From Chloroflexota bacterium (GTDB taxonomy: Bacteria > Chloroflexota > Limnocylindria > Limnocylindrales > CSP1-4): 39,223 nucleotides of DNA. Within the stretch, counting starts at the first letter, position 1, and every line of letters starts with the position of its first letter. A program made the translations under genes and the position numbers. Under the pieces are notes generated by a model, which saw nothing but the letters and a program-made list of their open reading frames with translations, made no database searches and was not told the origin of the DNA. Below, one piece after another: positions 25,389 through 35,013 of the stretch. The stretch spans positions 1-39,223 of the forward strand of contig JBJMNA010000028.1 in NCBI GenBank assembly GCA_045804485.1, given 5' to 3'.

Positions 25389-26767
25389 CGACGGCGCGAC
25401 GGACCGAGGTCGAACGCGTCCTCGGTTGGGTGGACGAGCGGACGGGCGCCGCCCAGGTCACGCGGGGCGTGCTCCGCAAGGTCTTCCCCGACCATTGGTC
25501 GTTCCTGCTCGGCGAGATCGCCCTCTTCTCCTACGTCGTGCTCGTCGCGACCGGCGTCTTCCTGACGTTCTTCTTCACGGCTGACACGCGCGCCGTCACG
25601 TACGACGGGCCGTACGCGCCGCTGCGCGGCGCGGAGGTGTCGGCAGCGTTCGACTCGGTGATGCGCCTCTCGTTCGAGGTCCGGGCAGGGCTGCTCATGC
25701 GCCAGGTCCACCATTGGGCGGCCGTCGTGTTCATCGTCTCGATCGTCGTCCACGTCGCTCGCGTCTTCTTCACCGGCGCGTTCCGCCGGCCGCGCGAGAT
25801 CAACTGGCTCGTCGGGCTGTCGATCCTGATGCTCGGACTCGCCGCCGGGCTGACCGGGTATTCGCTGCCGGACGACCTGCTGTCAGGGACCGGGCTCCGG
25901 ATCACCTATTCGGTCGCGATGTCGATCCCGTTCATCGGGCCGTGGCTCGCCTACCTCGTGTTCGGCGGGGAGTTCCCGACGACCGAGCTCATCGGGCGGT
26001 TCTACGTCTTCCACATCATGCTGCTCCCGGCGCTGATGATCGGGCTGATCAGCGTCCACCTCCTCATCCTCTGGCTCCAGAAGCACACCCAGTTCCCAGG
26101 CGGGCGAGCACGCGAAGGCAACGTCGTCGGGCGGCACTTCTGGCCCGGCCAGGCGCTCCGATCAGTCGGCCTGCTGCTCCTGACCGCGGCGGCCATCACG
26201 CTCGCCGCCGGTCTCGCGCAGATCAACCCTGTCTGGATCTATGGGCCGTTCCTTCCGTCCGCCGTGAGTTCGCCGGCCCAGCCGGACTGGTACCTCGGGT
26301 GGCTCGAGGGAGCCCTCCGGATGGGTCCCGACTGGGAGGTGACGATCCTCGGGGTCACGATCCCGACGCTGTTCGTCCCCGGGATCGTCCTGCCGACGAT
26401 CCTCTTCGGTGGCATCGCGCTGTGGCCGTTCCTCGAGGCGCGACTGACCGGCGACCATGCCGAGCATCATCTGCTCCAGCACCCCTGGGAGGCGCCGGGC
26501 CGGCTCGCGGTCGGCAGTGCCGTGATCACCGTTTTCGTCATCCTGACGATCGCGGGCGGCAACGACGTGCTCGCCGTCCTCCTCCACGTCGAGGTCGAGT
26601 GGCTCACGACGGCGCTGCGGATCCTGCTGTTCGTCGCGCCGGTGGTCGTCGGTCTCGTTGCGTACCGGCTCGCCGTCGACCGCGGGCACCGTGCCGGAAG
26701 GCCGGAGGTCGGCGCCGATACGGACCCACCGGGGCCCGAGGGCACGGCGATCGAGGCACCCCGGTGA
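25385..26767 (+). CDS. qcrB: cytochrome bc1 complex cytochrome b subunit
   Basis: [24 protein letters not shown], haem His contexts [33 protein letters not shown] and [21 protein letters not shown], and the PDWY motif (AQPDWYLGW). ATGA overlap with qcrA. Confidence 0.92.
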   Translation: MTTARRTEVERVLGWVDERTGAAQVTRGVLRKVFPDHWSFLLGEIALFSYVVLVATGVFLTFFFTADTRAVTYDGPYAPLRGAEVSAAFDSVMRLSFEVRAGLLMRQVHHWAAVVFIVSIVVHVARVFFTGAFRRPREINWLVGLSILMLGLAAGLTGYSLPDDLLSGTGLRITYSVAMSIPFIGPWLAYLVFGGEFPTTELIGRFYVFHIMLLPALMIGLISVHLLILWLQKHTQFPGGRAREGNVVGRHFWPGQALRSVGLLLLTAAAITLAAGLAQINPVWIYGPFLPSAVSSPAQPDWYLGWLEGALRMGPDWEVTILGVTIPTLFVPGIVLPTILFGGIALWPFLEARLTGDHAEHHLLQHPWEAPGRLAVGSAVITVFVILTIAGGNDVLAVLLHVEVEWLTTALRILLFVAPVVVGLVAYRLAVDRGHRAGRPEVGADTDPPGPEGTAIEAPR

Positions 26768-27615
26768 TGGGACGGCGGTTCGGGGGCGTCGCGCACCTCG
26801 GGAGCCGCATCGCTGGGCTCGCGATCGTCCCGCTCGCCGCATCCGGCTGCCTTCCCGCGCCTGCGACGACCGAGGGTCACGCGGTCACGGACCTCTGGAT
26901 GCTCTTTGCGGTCGCGGCGGCCGCTGTGGGCGGTTTGGTGTGGATCCTCATCACGGTCGCCCTGCTCCGCTACCGGGGTGCTGCCCACGACCCGGCCGGC
27001 AAGGCGCCGCCCCACCCGGACCCGGACGAGCGGATCCCCTCCCCTGGGGCGCGCCGCGCGCTCTCACTCGAGGTCGCGTGGACGCTCGGGCCGATCGCCA
27101 TCGTGATCGTCCTGTTCATCGCGACGCTGCTGACGCTGGCGCGCATGGACGCCCACGAGCAGAGCCGGACGACGGTCGCGATCACCGCCTTCGACTGGCA
27201 GTGGCGGTTCGACTACCCGGGTTCCGGCGTGTCCGTCGTCGGCGGCCCCGGCGTGCCGGCCGAAATGGTCGTCCCCGCCGGCGAGCCGATCCATTTCGAG
27301 CTCGTCTCGAACGACGTCGATCACTCGTTCTACGTGCCGGCGTTCCTGTTCAAGCGGGACGCGATCCCGGGCCGGCGGACGGCGTTCGACCTGACCATCG
27401 AGGCGCCCGGCAACTACCGCGGCCAGTGCGCGGAGTTCTGCGGCGTCCAGCACGACCGGATGCTGCTCACGGTCCGCGCCGTCACCCGGCCGGAGTTCGA
27501 CGCATGGCTCGCGGGCCGGCGCTCGGCGCCGACTCCGGCGCCGAGCGGGAGCGGAGTCGCGCCGACGCTGGCGCCGAGCGGCTCGGCGCAACCGTCCCTG
27601 GAGCTGCAGCAATGA
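26767..27615 (+). CDS. ctaC: cytochrome c oxidase (aa3-type) subunit II, lipoprotein, no fused cytochrome c domain
   Basis: Lipobox LAASGC, two TM helices, and CuA site DVDHSF...[12 protein letters not shown]. An in-frame GTG at 26764 is an alternative start. It overlaps the qcrB stop. Confidence 0.9.
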   Translation: MGRRFGGVAHLGSRIAGLAIVPLAASGCLPAPATTEGHAVTDLWMLFAVAAAAVGGLVWILITVALLRYRGAAHDPAGKAPPHPDPDERIPSPGARRALSLEVAWTLGPIAIVIVLFIATLLTLARMDAHEQSRTTVAITAFDWQWRFDYPGSGVSVVGGPGVPAEMVVPAGEPIHFELVSNDVDHSFYVPAFLFKRDAIPGRRTAFDLTIEAPGNYRGQCAEFCGVQHDRMLLTVRAVTRPEFDAWLAGRRSAPTPAPSGSGVAPTLAPSGSAQPSLELQQ

Positions 27616-29231
27616 CCGACATCCCGGCGCGTCCGGGCGCCGCTGAGCACGTCCTCCCGGTCGTCGAGCTCGACGACCTGACGGGATGGCTGACGACGAC
27701 CGACCACAAGCGGGTCGGCATCCTCTACATCGTCTCGGCGTTCGCGATGTTCCTCATCGGCGGGGTCCTCGCGATGACGATGCGCCTCGAGCTCGCAGCA
27801 CCGGGGATCCAGCTCGTCGACGAGGCCGGCTACGACCAGCTCTTCACGATGCACGGCACGATCATGCTGCTGCTGTTCGGAACGCCGATGGCGGTCGGGC
27901 TCGGCAACTACATCGTGCCGCTCCAGATCGGCGCCTCCGAGATGGCGTTCCCGCGGGTCAACGCGCTGTCGTTCTGGTTGTTCCTCGTCGGTGCGCTGAT
28001 CGTCCTGAGCGCCTTCGTCACCTCGACCGGCACGGCCGCGGCCGGCTGGACGGGCTACCCGCCGCTCAGCGACCAGACGTACGCGCCAGGCGTTGGCCTC
28101 GACCTCTGGATCATCGGCCTCGCCATCGTCGGGTTCTCGGGTGTCATCGGCGCGATCAACTTCATCGTGACGATCTTCACGCTCCGGGCGCCCGGCATGG
28201 GGATGTTCAGGATGCCGATCTTCACCTGGAACATCCTGGTCACCGCCCTGCTGATCCTCTTCGCGTTCCCGCCGTTGACGTCGGCGCTGGCGATGCTGCT
28301 CATCGACCGCGAGCTCGGCGGCGTCTTCTTCGATCCTGCCCGTGGCGGAGACGCCGTCCTGTGGCAGCACCTGTTCTGGTTCTTCGGCCACCCCGAGGTC
28401 TACATCCTGATCCTGCCGTTCTTCGGGGTGATCACCGAGGTCATCTCGGTGTTCAGCCGGAAGGCGGTCTTCGGTTACGGCGCGTTCGTGTTCGCCACGA
28501 TCGCCATCGCGAGCCTCTCGATGACGGTCTGGGCGCACCACATGTTCACGACAGGCGCGGTCAGCCTGCCGTTCTTCAGCCTCGCCTCCTTTGCCATCGC
28601 GGTCCCGACCGGCATCAAGTTCTTCAACTGGATCGCGACGATGTGGGGCGGCCGGCTGACGTTCGAGGCGCCGATGCTCTGGGCGATCGGGTTCATGTAC
28701 CTGTTCCTGCTCGGCGGGATCACGGGCATCGTCGTCGCGTCGCCCGCGCTCGACTTCCACCTCCAGGACACCTACTTCGTCGTCGCCCACTTCCACAACA
28801 CGCTCGTCGGCGGGACGGTCTTCGCGATCTTCGCCGCCATGTACTACTGGTTCCCGAAGATGGCAGGACGGCGGCTGTCGGAACGGCTGTCGCGCGTCCA
28901 GTTCGGGCTGATGTTCTTCGGCTTCCTGCTGACGTTCCTCCCGCAGTACCAGCTCGGGCTGCTCGGGATGCCGCGGCGCATCGCCGACTACGCCGCCGCC
29001 GACGGGTGGTCGGACCTCAACCTTCTCTCGACGATCGGGTCGATCCTGCTCGGCATCGGGATCGTGCCGTTCCTCGTCGCGGTCGTGCTCGCGATGCGGA
29101 CGGCGCCGGACCAGCCGGCGAACCCGTGGGGCGGCGGGACGCTCGAGTGGTGGACCGATTCGCCACCGCCGCCGGGCAACTTCCGATCGCTGCCGCGGAT
29201 CCGCTCGAACCGCCCGGTGCTCGACGAATGA
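27612..29231 (+). CDS. ctaD: cytochrome c oxidase subunit I
   Basis: [38 protein letters not shown] (His-Tyr site), WAHHMFTTG and [16 protein letters not shown] overlap with ctaC. Confidence 0.95.
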   Translation: MTDIPARPGAAEHVLPVVELDDLTGWLTTTDHKRVGILYIVSAFAMFLIGGVLAMTMRLELAAPGIQLVDEAGYDQLFTMHGTIMLLLFGTPMAVGLGNYIVPLQIGASEMAFPRVNALSFWLFLVGALIVLSAFVTSTGTAAAGWTGYPPLSDQTYAPGVGLDLWIIGLAIVGFSGVIGAINFIVTIFTLRAPGMGMFRMPIFTWNILVTALLILFAFPPLTSALAMLLIDRELGGVFFDPARGGDAVLWQHLFWFFGHPEVYILILPFFGVITEVISVFSRKAVFGYGAFVFATIAIASLSMTVWAHHMFTTGAVSLPFFSLASFAIAVPTGIKFFNWIATMWGGRLTFEAPMLWAIGFMYLFLLGGITGIVVASPALDFHLQDTYFVVAHFHNTLVGGTVFAIFAAMYYWFPKMAGRRLSERLSRVQFGLMFFGFLLTFLPQYQLGLLGMPRRIADYAAADGWSDLNLLSTIGSILLGIGIVPFLVAVVLAMRTAPDQPANPWGGGTLEWWTDSPPPPGNFRSLPRIRSNRPVLDE

Positions 29232-29605
29232 CCGCCTCGCCGCTCCGGACGGAGATCTTCCTGCTCGCCTGGTCCGCGGCGTTCGGGCTCGTCGTCGGGA
29301 CCGTCTACTGGTTCCTCACCTACGAGGTTGCGGGAAGCGTGCTTCTGGTCGGTTTCGGTGCCGGGTCCGCCGTGGCAGCGCTCCTGATGCGACGGACCGC
29401 CGCGGACGCGGCCGAGGAGGGCGACACCGCAGAGATCGCTCCAAGACCCGGGTGGGGCCCCATCGGGATCGGCGCTGGCATCGGGTTGTGCGGGCTCGGG
29501 CTCGCCTTCGGGCCGTGGCTCGTCCTCCTCGGGATCCTCGTCCTGACGGCGAGTGGTGCGACGTGGCTCGCGACCGCGGTCGCCGACTACGACCGCCTGC
29601 CCTGA
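29228..29605 (+). CDS. ctaF: cytochrome c oxidase subunit IV (actinobacterial CtaF-like), 4 TM
   Basis: 125-aa hydrophobic protein with an ATGA overlap with ctaD. Its position and topology ([25 protein letters not shown]...) match CtaF. The call rests on context and topology rather than a strict motif. Confidence 0.7.
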   Translation: MTASPLRTEIFLLAWSAAFGLVVGTVYWFLTYEVAGSVLLVGFGAGSAVAALLMRRTAADAAEEGDTAEIAPRPGWGPIGIGAGIGLCGLGLAFGPWLVLLGILVLTASGATWLATAVADYDRLP

Positions 29606-29765
29606 CCACCGGATCGACCCTGCAAGATTGCTGTGACGTTCGCCCGTGACCGTTTGCCGCGGCTATCGGCGATCACGCGTCACGATCGGCTGCCCACCGT
29701 TTCGCATGGGAGAACCCGGTGCAGATTCCGATCCATCCAACCTCTCTCAGTGAAGGATCGCCGTC

Positions 29766-30740
29766 GTGACGGCCGCCAACGGGAAGGTCCACCTCGGCTA
29801 TTCGCTGTCCACCGAGGAGCACCCGGCTCCCGACCTCGTTCGGTACGCCCAGCAGGCTGAAGCCTCCGGGTTCGAATACGCCTCGATCTCGGACCACTTC
29901 CATCCGTGGGTCGACGCGCAGGGGAACAGCCCGTTCGCATGGTCGGTCCTCGGCGCGATCGCGAACGCGACCGACAAGCTCGAGGTCGGCACCGGTGTGA
30001 CGTGTCCGACCATGCGCTACCACCCGGCGATCGTCGCGCAGGCTGCGGCCACGGTTGCGAGCCTGATGCCGGGGCGATTCTTCCTTGGACTCGGGACGGG
30101 CGAGCAACTGAACGAGCACGTCGTCGGGCCGCGCTGGCCGGCGTACGGCACGCGAGCTGCGATGCTCGAGGAGGCCGTCGAGAACATCCGGGAGTTGTGG
30201 ACCGGCGAGAATGTCAACCACAACGGTCCCCATTTCACGGTCGAGAACGCCCGGCTGTATTCGCTCCCCGAGGAGCCGCCGCCGATCATCATCGCCGCAG
30301 CGGGACCGAAGGCCGCTCGTCTGGCCAGCCGCATCGGCGACGGCCTCATCAACCCGTCGGGCGAAGCCGAGGTCGTCACGGCGTTCGAGGAAGACGGGAA
30401 ACCGGGTCGGCCGCATTACCTCCAGGTCAGCGTCTGCTGGAACGAGGACGAAGCGGAGGCGCGCCGGCTCGCGCACCAGCTCGTGCCGTCGGTGGCCCTG
30501 CCCGGCGAGCTCGGCAACCTGCTCCCGACGCCGAGCCACTACCAGGAGGCGACCCAGCTCGTGACCGAGGACAGTGTCGCTGAGGTCATCACCTGCGGTC
30601 CGGATCCACAGCGCCACATCCAGCGGATCCAAGCAGGCATCGACGCCGGCTACGACCACATCCACGTCTACCAGGTCGGTCCCGACCAGGAGGGGTTCTT
30701 CCGGTTCTACGAGCGGGAGATCCTGCCCGCGTTCCGCTGA
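29766..30740 (+). CDS. LLM-class F420-dependent oxidoreductase, FGD (glucose-6-phosphate dehydrogenase) family
   Basis: GTG start with GAAGGA 9 nt upstream. LGYSLSTEEHPAPDLVRYAQQAEASGFEYASISDHFHPW...FLGLGTGEQLNEH...IIIAAAGPKAARLASRIGDGLI is collinear with M. tuberculosis FGD1 (LGYKASAEQFAPRELV...SDHFQPW...FLGVGTGEALNE...YIAAGGPAVAKYAGRAGDGFI). Confidence 0.85.
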   Translation: MTAANGKVHLGYSLSTEEHPAPDLVRYAQQAEASGFEYASISDHFHPWVDAQGNSPFAWSVLGAIANATDKLEVGTGVTCPTMRYHPAIVAQAAATVASLMPGRFFLGLGTGEQLNEHVVGPRWPAYGTRAAMLEEAVENIRELWTGENVNHNGPHFTVENARLYSLPEEPPPIIIAAAGPKAARLASRIGDGLINPSGEAEVVTAFEEDGKPGRPHYLQVSVCWNEDEAEARRLAHQLVPSVALPGELGNLLPTPSHYQEATQLVTEDSVAEVITCGPDPQRHIQRIQAGIDAGYDHIHVYQVGPDQEGFFRFYEREILPAFR

Positions 30741-32989
30741 TGCCGACCAGCGCCGAGTCGCTCCGACCCGTCCGAAGCGGCGCGGAACTCGACCCGCGCT
30801 ATCCGCGACAGCTCCTCCTGCAGGAGGGCTACACCTACCTCGTCAGTGGGATGGACGGGTCCATCGGGGCGGAACCCGAGCACGGCCTGTTCGACTATGA
30901 CTTCCGGCTCCTGGCGTCCCATCGGATCACGGTCGCCGGTGAGGTGCCGACCGGGCCGGCCGCCGTGCCGATCCACAGCGAGCGATGGGTCGGCATCCTC
31001 GGCGTCAGGCCGAACGATGGCTCGGTCGAGGGACCGCGCCTGCCACAGGACGTTCTCGAGCTGCGAATCGATCGTCGCGTCGGATCCGGACTGATCGAGC
31101 GACTGGACATCTTCAACCACTCCATGGCGTCGAGGCCGGCCGACCTCGAGGTGACGCTGGGGACGGGCTTCCGAGACGTCAGCCAGCTTCGAGAGGAGGA
31201 CCCGTTTCAGGGCGAGACACGATCCGACTGGAACGAGGACGAGCGGTGCCTGACGATCCGGTGGATCGCATCGGCTGGGGAGCGGTCCGTGGAGCGTGGC
31301 GTTCGCATCCGGGTCGGGGCCCGTCCTGCCGAGTGTCACGTCGCGTTCACGCGGACCGGCGCCGGTGACGACGAGCGTTTCGTGATTCGCGTCCCTCGGA
31401 CGCTCGGTCCGCATGAGCAGTTCGGCGTCACGCTGACGTACGAGAGCCTCGTCGACGGCGTCTGGCGATCCCCGGCCGAGGGCTCACGACCGAGCGCGGC
31501 CCTTCGCGTCCGCGACGAGGAGCGCCGATCGATCCGCTCGGCACGACCGGTCGTCGAGACACCAGACCAGCTCGTCCGGGCGATCGTCGACCGTGCGCTG
31601 GAAGACATCCTCACCCTCCGGAACTGGGACCTCGAGGGACCGACGCCGGGCTGGATCGTGAATGCTGGCTCGCCCAAATATCTCGGCTTCTTCGGGCGCG
31701 ACTCCCTGACCCTGGGCCGGCAGAGCATCATCTTCGGCCCAGAGACCCTCCGCGGCGCGCTCGAGCAAGCGGCACGGACGCAGGGCCGGGTCGATCGACC
31801 GGACCGTGAGGAAGAACCAGGCCGGATCGTCCACGAGATGCGTCGCGGTCCGCTCGACGACCTGGAGCTTCGACCGTACGGCCGCTACTACGGGTCGCTC
31901 ACGGGCGCCGCGGCATTCGTGGTCGGGCTGTACGACTACTGGGCATGGACGGGCGACCGCGACACGACGCGCCGGCTGCTTGAGCACGCGACGGCCGCGC
32001 TCGATTGGGCCGGGCGAGCGAGCGAGCGACATCCGGTGGGCCTCCTCGCCTCGGTGCAGAGAGCGCCCCAGGGACTACGCCATCAGGGCTGGAAGGACTC
32101 GGACGAGGCGGTTCGCTGGCCTGATGGCCGTCTGGTGGAGACGCCAAGCGCGCCCGTCGAGGAGCAGGGTTGGTGGTACGCGGCCCTCCACCGCGCCGCC
32201 CAGCTCCTTGAAGCGTTCGACGACCGGAGCGCGGCAGCTAGGCGTCGGGCGGAAGCGGAACGCATCCGGGGAGTCGTGGACGATCGGTTCTGGATGCCGG
32301 AAGCAGGGACGTACGCGATGGGGCTCGACCCGGACGGCGCCGCGATCGAGTCGATCGCCTCCGACCCGCTCCACCTGCTCGCGGCCGGGCTGCCGACGCC
32401 CGATCGCGCCCGCCGGGTCGCCGATCGCCTGTTCGCGCCTGACATGTGGGCCGGTTGGGGGATCCGGACACTCTCGAGCGATCACCCCGCGTACGATCCC
32501 TTCGCGTATCACCTTGGAAGCGTCTGGCCTGTCGAGACGGCCGCCTTCGCGGAAGGCTGTCGTCGGTACGACCTGCGTCCGGAACTCGATGTAGTCGCGT
32601 CGGCGATGTTCGCGTCGGCCGCTCACTGCCACCAACTCCGGCTCCCGGAGGTGTTCGCCGGCCATGGCCCCGACTTGGTCGAGGTGCCGACGGTCTACCC
32701 CTCGACCCAGACGCCGCAGGCGTGGAGCGCCGGCGCCGTCCTGTCGGTCGTGCGCTCCATGCTGGGGTTGGACGCCGATGCCGAGCATCGGCGGCTCATC
32801 GTCGATCGGCCATCCCTGCCGCCGTGGCTCCCGTCGCTGCGCATCCGCCGGGTGCCGGTCGGCGACGCGCAGGTGGACCTGGAGTTCGAGCGGCGCGCGG
32901 ACGGCGAGGTCGACTGGCGGGTGCTCGATGCCCGCGGTCGGATCGACGTCGTCCGGGCGAGGTCCACCGCGACCGCCCGTTCCGCCTGA
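30740..32989 (+). CDS. glycogen-debranching-enzyme-like protein (GDE N-terminal domain + amylo-alpha-1,6-glucosidase-type (alpha/alpha)6 catalytic domain)
   Basis: LLLQEGYTYLVSGMDGSI...GLFDYDFRLL is the N-terminal GDE_N pattern. KYLGFFGRDSLTLG, EEPGRIVHEMRRGPL, GLLAS...HQGWKDS and WGIRTLSS...YDPFAYHLGSVWP are typical of the GDE_C / six-hairpin glycosidase family. TGATG overlap with the LLM gene. Confidence 0.85.
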   Translation: MPTSAESLRPVRSGAELDPRYPRQLLLQEGYTYLVSGMDGSIGAEPEHGLFDYDFRLLASHRITVAGEVPTGPAAVPIHSERWVGILGVRPNDGSVEGPRLPQDVLELRIDRRVGSGLIERLDIFNHSMASRPADLEVTLGTGFRDVSQLREEDPFQGETRSDWNEDERCLTIRWIASAGERSVERGVRIRVGARPAECHVAFTRTGAGDDERFVIRVPRTLGPHEQFGVTLTYESLVDGVWRSPAEGSRPSAALRVRDEERRSIRSARPVVETPDQLVRAIVDRALEDILTLRNWDLEGPTPGWIVNAGSPKYLGFFGRDSLTLGRQSIIFGPETLRGALEQAARTQGRVDRPDREEEPGRIVHEMRRGPLDDLELRPYGRYYGSLTGAAAFVVGLYDYWAWTGDRDTTRRLLEHATAALDWAGRASERHPVGLLASVQRAPQGLRHQGWKDSDEAVRWPDGRLVETPSAPVEEQGWWYAALHRAAQLLEAFDDRSAAARRRAEAERIRGVVDDRFWMPEAGTYAMGLDPDGAAIESIASDPLHLLAAGLPTPDRARRVADRLFAPDMWAGWGIRTLSSDHPAYDPFAYHLGSVWPVETAAFAEGCRRYDLRPELDVVASAMFASAAHCHQLRLPEVFAGHGPDLVEVPTVYPSTQTPQAWSAGAVLSVVRSMLGLDADAEHRRLIVDRPSLPPWLPSLRIRRVPVGDAQVDLEFERRADGEVDWRVLDARGRIDVVRARSTATARSA

Positions 32990-34251
32990 TGGCGGTCGTT
33001 CGCACGAACTGGGCCGGGAACCATGTCATCGCGGGCGACCGCGTCCACCAGCCCGGATCGGTCATGGAGTTGCAGGAGATCGTCGCGTCAGTGCGACGGC
33101 TTCGCGTCCTCGGCACGGGTCACACCTTCAATGACCTCCCGGATAGCCGCGGCGACCTCATCTCGCTCGCGAACCTGCCCGCCCGTTTGGAGGTCGCAGA
33201 TGGCACCGTCACGGTTAGTGCGGGGACGCGATATGGCGACCTGTGTGAGCCACTGGACCGCGCCGGGTTCGCCCTGGAAGCGATGGCGTCGCTGCCGCAC
33301 ATCTCGGTCGCCGGCTCGTGCGCGACGGGCACCCACGGCTCAGGGGATCGAACCCAGTCGCTCGCGGCGGCAGTGGCCGGGATGGAGAACGTCATGGCTC
33401 ACGGCGAGCTCGTGGAGGTTCGCCGCTCGACGACGGGCGCCGACTTCTCGGGGCTCGTCGTCTCGCTCGGCGCGCTTGGAGTCGTCACCAGCGTGACTCT
33501 CGAGGTCGTGCCGACGTACCGAGTCCGCCAGGACGTCTTCGAGGATGTCGCGTTGCAGACGGTCCTGGACCGGTTTGACGAGGTCACGGCGGCGGCGGAG
33601 AGCGTCAGCTTGTTCACGCTGTGGCGTGGCCGTCAGTTCCACCAGGTGTGGTGCAAACGGCGCTCAGCCGACCCTCACGCCGACGAGTCGATGATCGCGG
33701 AGCTTCTTGGTGGCGTTCCGGCATCCGGCCCGCACCATCCGATCCCTGGCAAGGACCCTGACGCCTGCACGACGCAGATGGGCGTCCCGGGGCCGTGGTA
33801 CGAGCGCCTGCCTCATTTCAGGATCGACCGGACGCCGAGCAGCGGCCACGAGCTCCAGACGGAATATCTCGTCGATCGCCGGGATGGACCGGCTGCGATC
33901 GCGGCGCTCTTCGAGGCGAGCGACGGCTTCGCGGATGTCGTCCAGGTCTCGGAAGTCCGAACCGTCGCCGCTGACGATCTGTGGCTGAGCCCGGCAGCCG
34001 GGCGGTCCTCCGTCGCGATCCACTTCACGTGGTTCCCGGACCTCCAGCCCGTGCTGGATGCGCTTTCGGTCGTCGAGACCGCCCTTGCGCCGTTCGACCC
34101 GCGACCGCATTGGGGAAAGGTGTGGACCCTGCCCATCGAGTCCGTCCGCGCAAGCTATCCGAGGTTCACCGAGTTCGTAGAGCTCCGCGATCGATGGGAC
34201 CCCGAGAGGAAGTTCGCCAATCGCTACGTCGATGCCCTGCTCGGCGACTGA
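32989..34251 (+). CDS. FAD-linked alditol/xylitol/sorbitol oxidase-like enzyme (VAO family, ALO C-terminal domain)
   Basis: Collinear with Streptomyces AldO: NWAGN, VLGTGHTFN (covalent-FAD His context GSGHSFN in AldO), ASLPHISVAGSCATGTHGSG, LGALGVVTSVTLEV, VSLFTLWRG..FHQVWCKRR, GVPGPWYERLPHFR, ELQTEYL, RTVAADDLWLSPA, HFTW and RPHWGKV. TGATG overlap with the upstream gene. Confidence 0.88.
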   Translation: MAVVRTNWAGNHVIAGDRVHQPGSVMELQEIVASVRRLRVLGTGHTFNDLPDSRGDLISLANLPARLEVADGTVTVSAGTRYGDLCEPLDRAGFALEAMASLPHISVAGSCATGTHGSGDRTQSLAAAVAGMENVMAHGELVEVRRSTTGADFSGLVVSLGALGVVTSVTLEVVPTYRVRQDVFEDVALQTVLDRFDEVTAAAESVSLFTLWRGRQFHQVWCKRRSADPHADESMIAELLGGVPASGPHHPIPGKDPDACTTQMGVPGPWYERLPHFRIDRTPSSGHELQTEYLVDRRDGPAAIAALFEASDGFADVVQVSEVRTVAADDLWLSPAAGRSSVAIHFTWFPDLQPVLDALSVVETALAPFDPRPHWGKVWTLPIESVRASYPRFTEFVELRDRWDPERKFANRYVDALLGD

Positions 34252-34293
34252 TCGAACGGCCCGCGGATCGGCCTCGCGCTATCATCCCCGAGT

Positions 34294-34370
34294 CCGCCCG
34301 TAGCTCAGTGGATCAGAGCGACTGACTTCGGATCAGTAGGTCGGGGGTTCGAATCCCTCCGGGCGGGCCA
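34294..34370 (+). tRNA. tRNA-Arg (anticodon UCG), CCA encoded
   Basis: Hand-folded cloverleaf. Acceptor CCGCCCG/CGGGCGG. D arm GCTC-AGTGGATCA-GAGC (A20 present). Anticodon stem ACTGA/TCAGT with loop CTTCGGA (U33, UCG, G37). Variable loop AGGTC. T arm GGGGG-TTCGAAT-CCCTC. Discriminator G plus CCA. The C1:G72 first pair is atypical for tRNA-Arg. Confidence 0.9.
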
Positions 34371-34457
34371 GCACCCGACGATTGCGGAATGTGCCGACTC
34401 GTCGCGGACATTTCGCGCGGCACATCGTTGCCTGGCGAGAGCGCCCGCGGTGCTACG

Positions 34458-34898
34458 TCAGCTCGGGACGACGATGACGTCACACGTGGCTCGCCTGGCG
34501 ACCTCCGACGAGACACTGCCGAGGATCAGCCGACGCACGTTGAGGCGCGAGCGGGACCCAAGGACGATCACGTTGGCGTCCTCGGCCTGCGATGCCTCGA
34601 GGATGACCTCTGCAGGGTCACCCTCCCAGACGAGGAACGTGGCCCGAACTCCAGCCTCGCGCGCACGCCCGACGATCGCCTGCGCGCCCGCCGTCAATCG
34701 GTCCCGCTCTTGGTCGACGCGCCGAGCGCCTCCGCCGGGGAGATGGAGATTGCCCTGTTCAACCACGCTCAGAACGATCAGGTCCGCGCGGTCGTCCTTG
34801 GCGCGCTTGATGGCCTCGTTGGCGGCCTCCCGAGAGGCGGGGGTGAAGTCGACCGCCAACAGCACGCGCGGCCCGCGAGGCGCTCCGAGTTCGCTCAT
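34458..34898 (-). CDS. universal stress protein (UspA family)
   Basis: PRVLLAVDFTPASREAANEAIKRA...LIVLSVV...GDPAEVILEASQAEDANVIVLGSRSR...LGSVSSEVARRATCDVIVVP carries the USP ATP-binding G-2x-G-9x-G(S/T) region. An ATG at 34904 is an alternative start. Confidence 0.85.
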   Translation of the reverse strand: MSELGAPRGPRVLLAVDFTPASREAANEAIKRAKDDRADLIVLSVVEQGNLHLPGGGARRVDQERDRLTAGAQAIVGRAREAGVRATFLVWEGDPAEVILEASQAEDANVIVLGSRSRLNVRRLILGSVSSEVARRATCDVIVVPS

Positions 34899-35013
34899 CC
34901 ACATAGGTTGGGGGCGACACAGGTAGCCGCAACGTGCCATGCGGCCTGCATTCGCCGGTCCAGGCGGCCCAGCGCCGTGGGGACCGGACGTGAGCGCTGG
35001 TACCGTGTCGCGC

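Noticed and set aside
34899-35013. DosR/DevR operator between the USP and the kinase gene
   Set aside because: Only isolated GGGAC half-site-like strings (e.g. GTGGGGACCGGAC) are present, with no palindromic GGGACT-n-AGTCCC arrangement.
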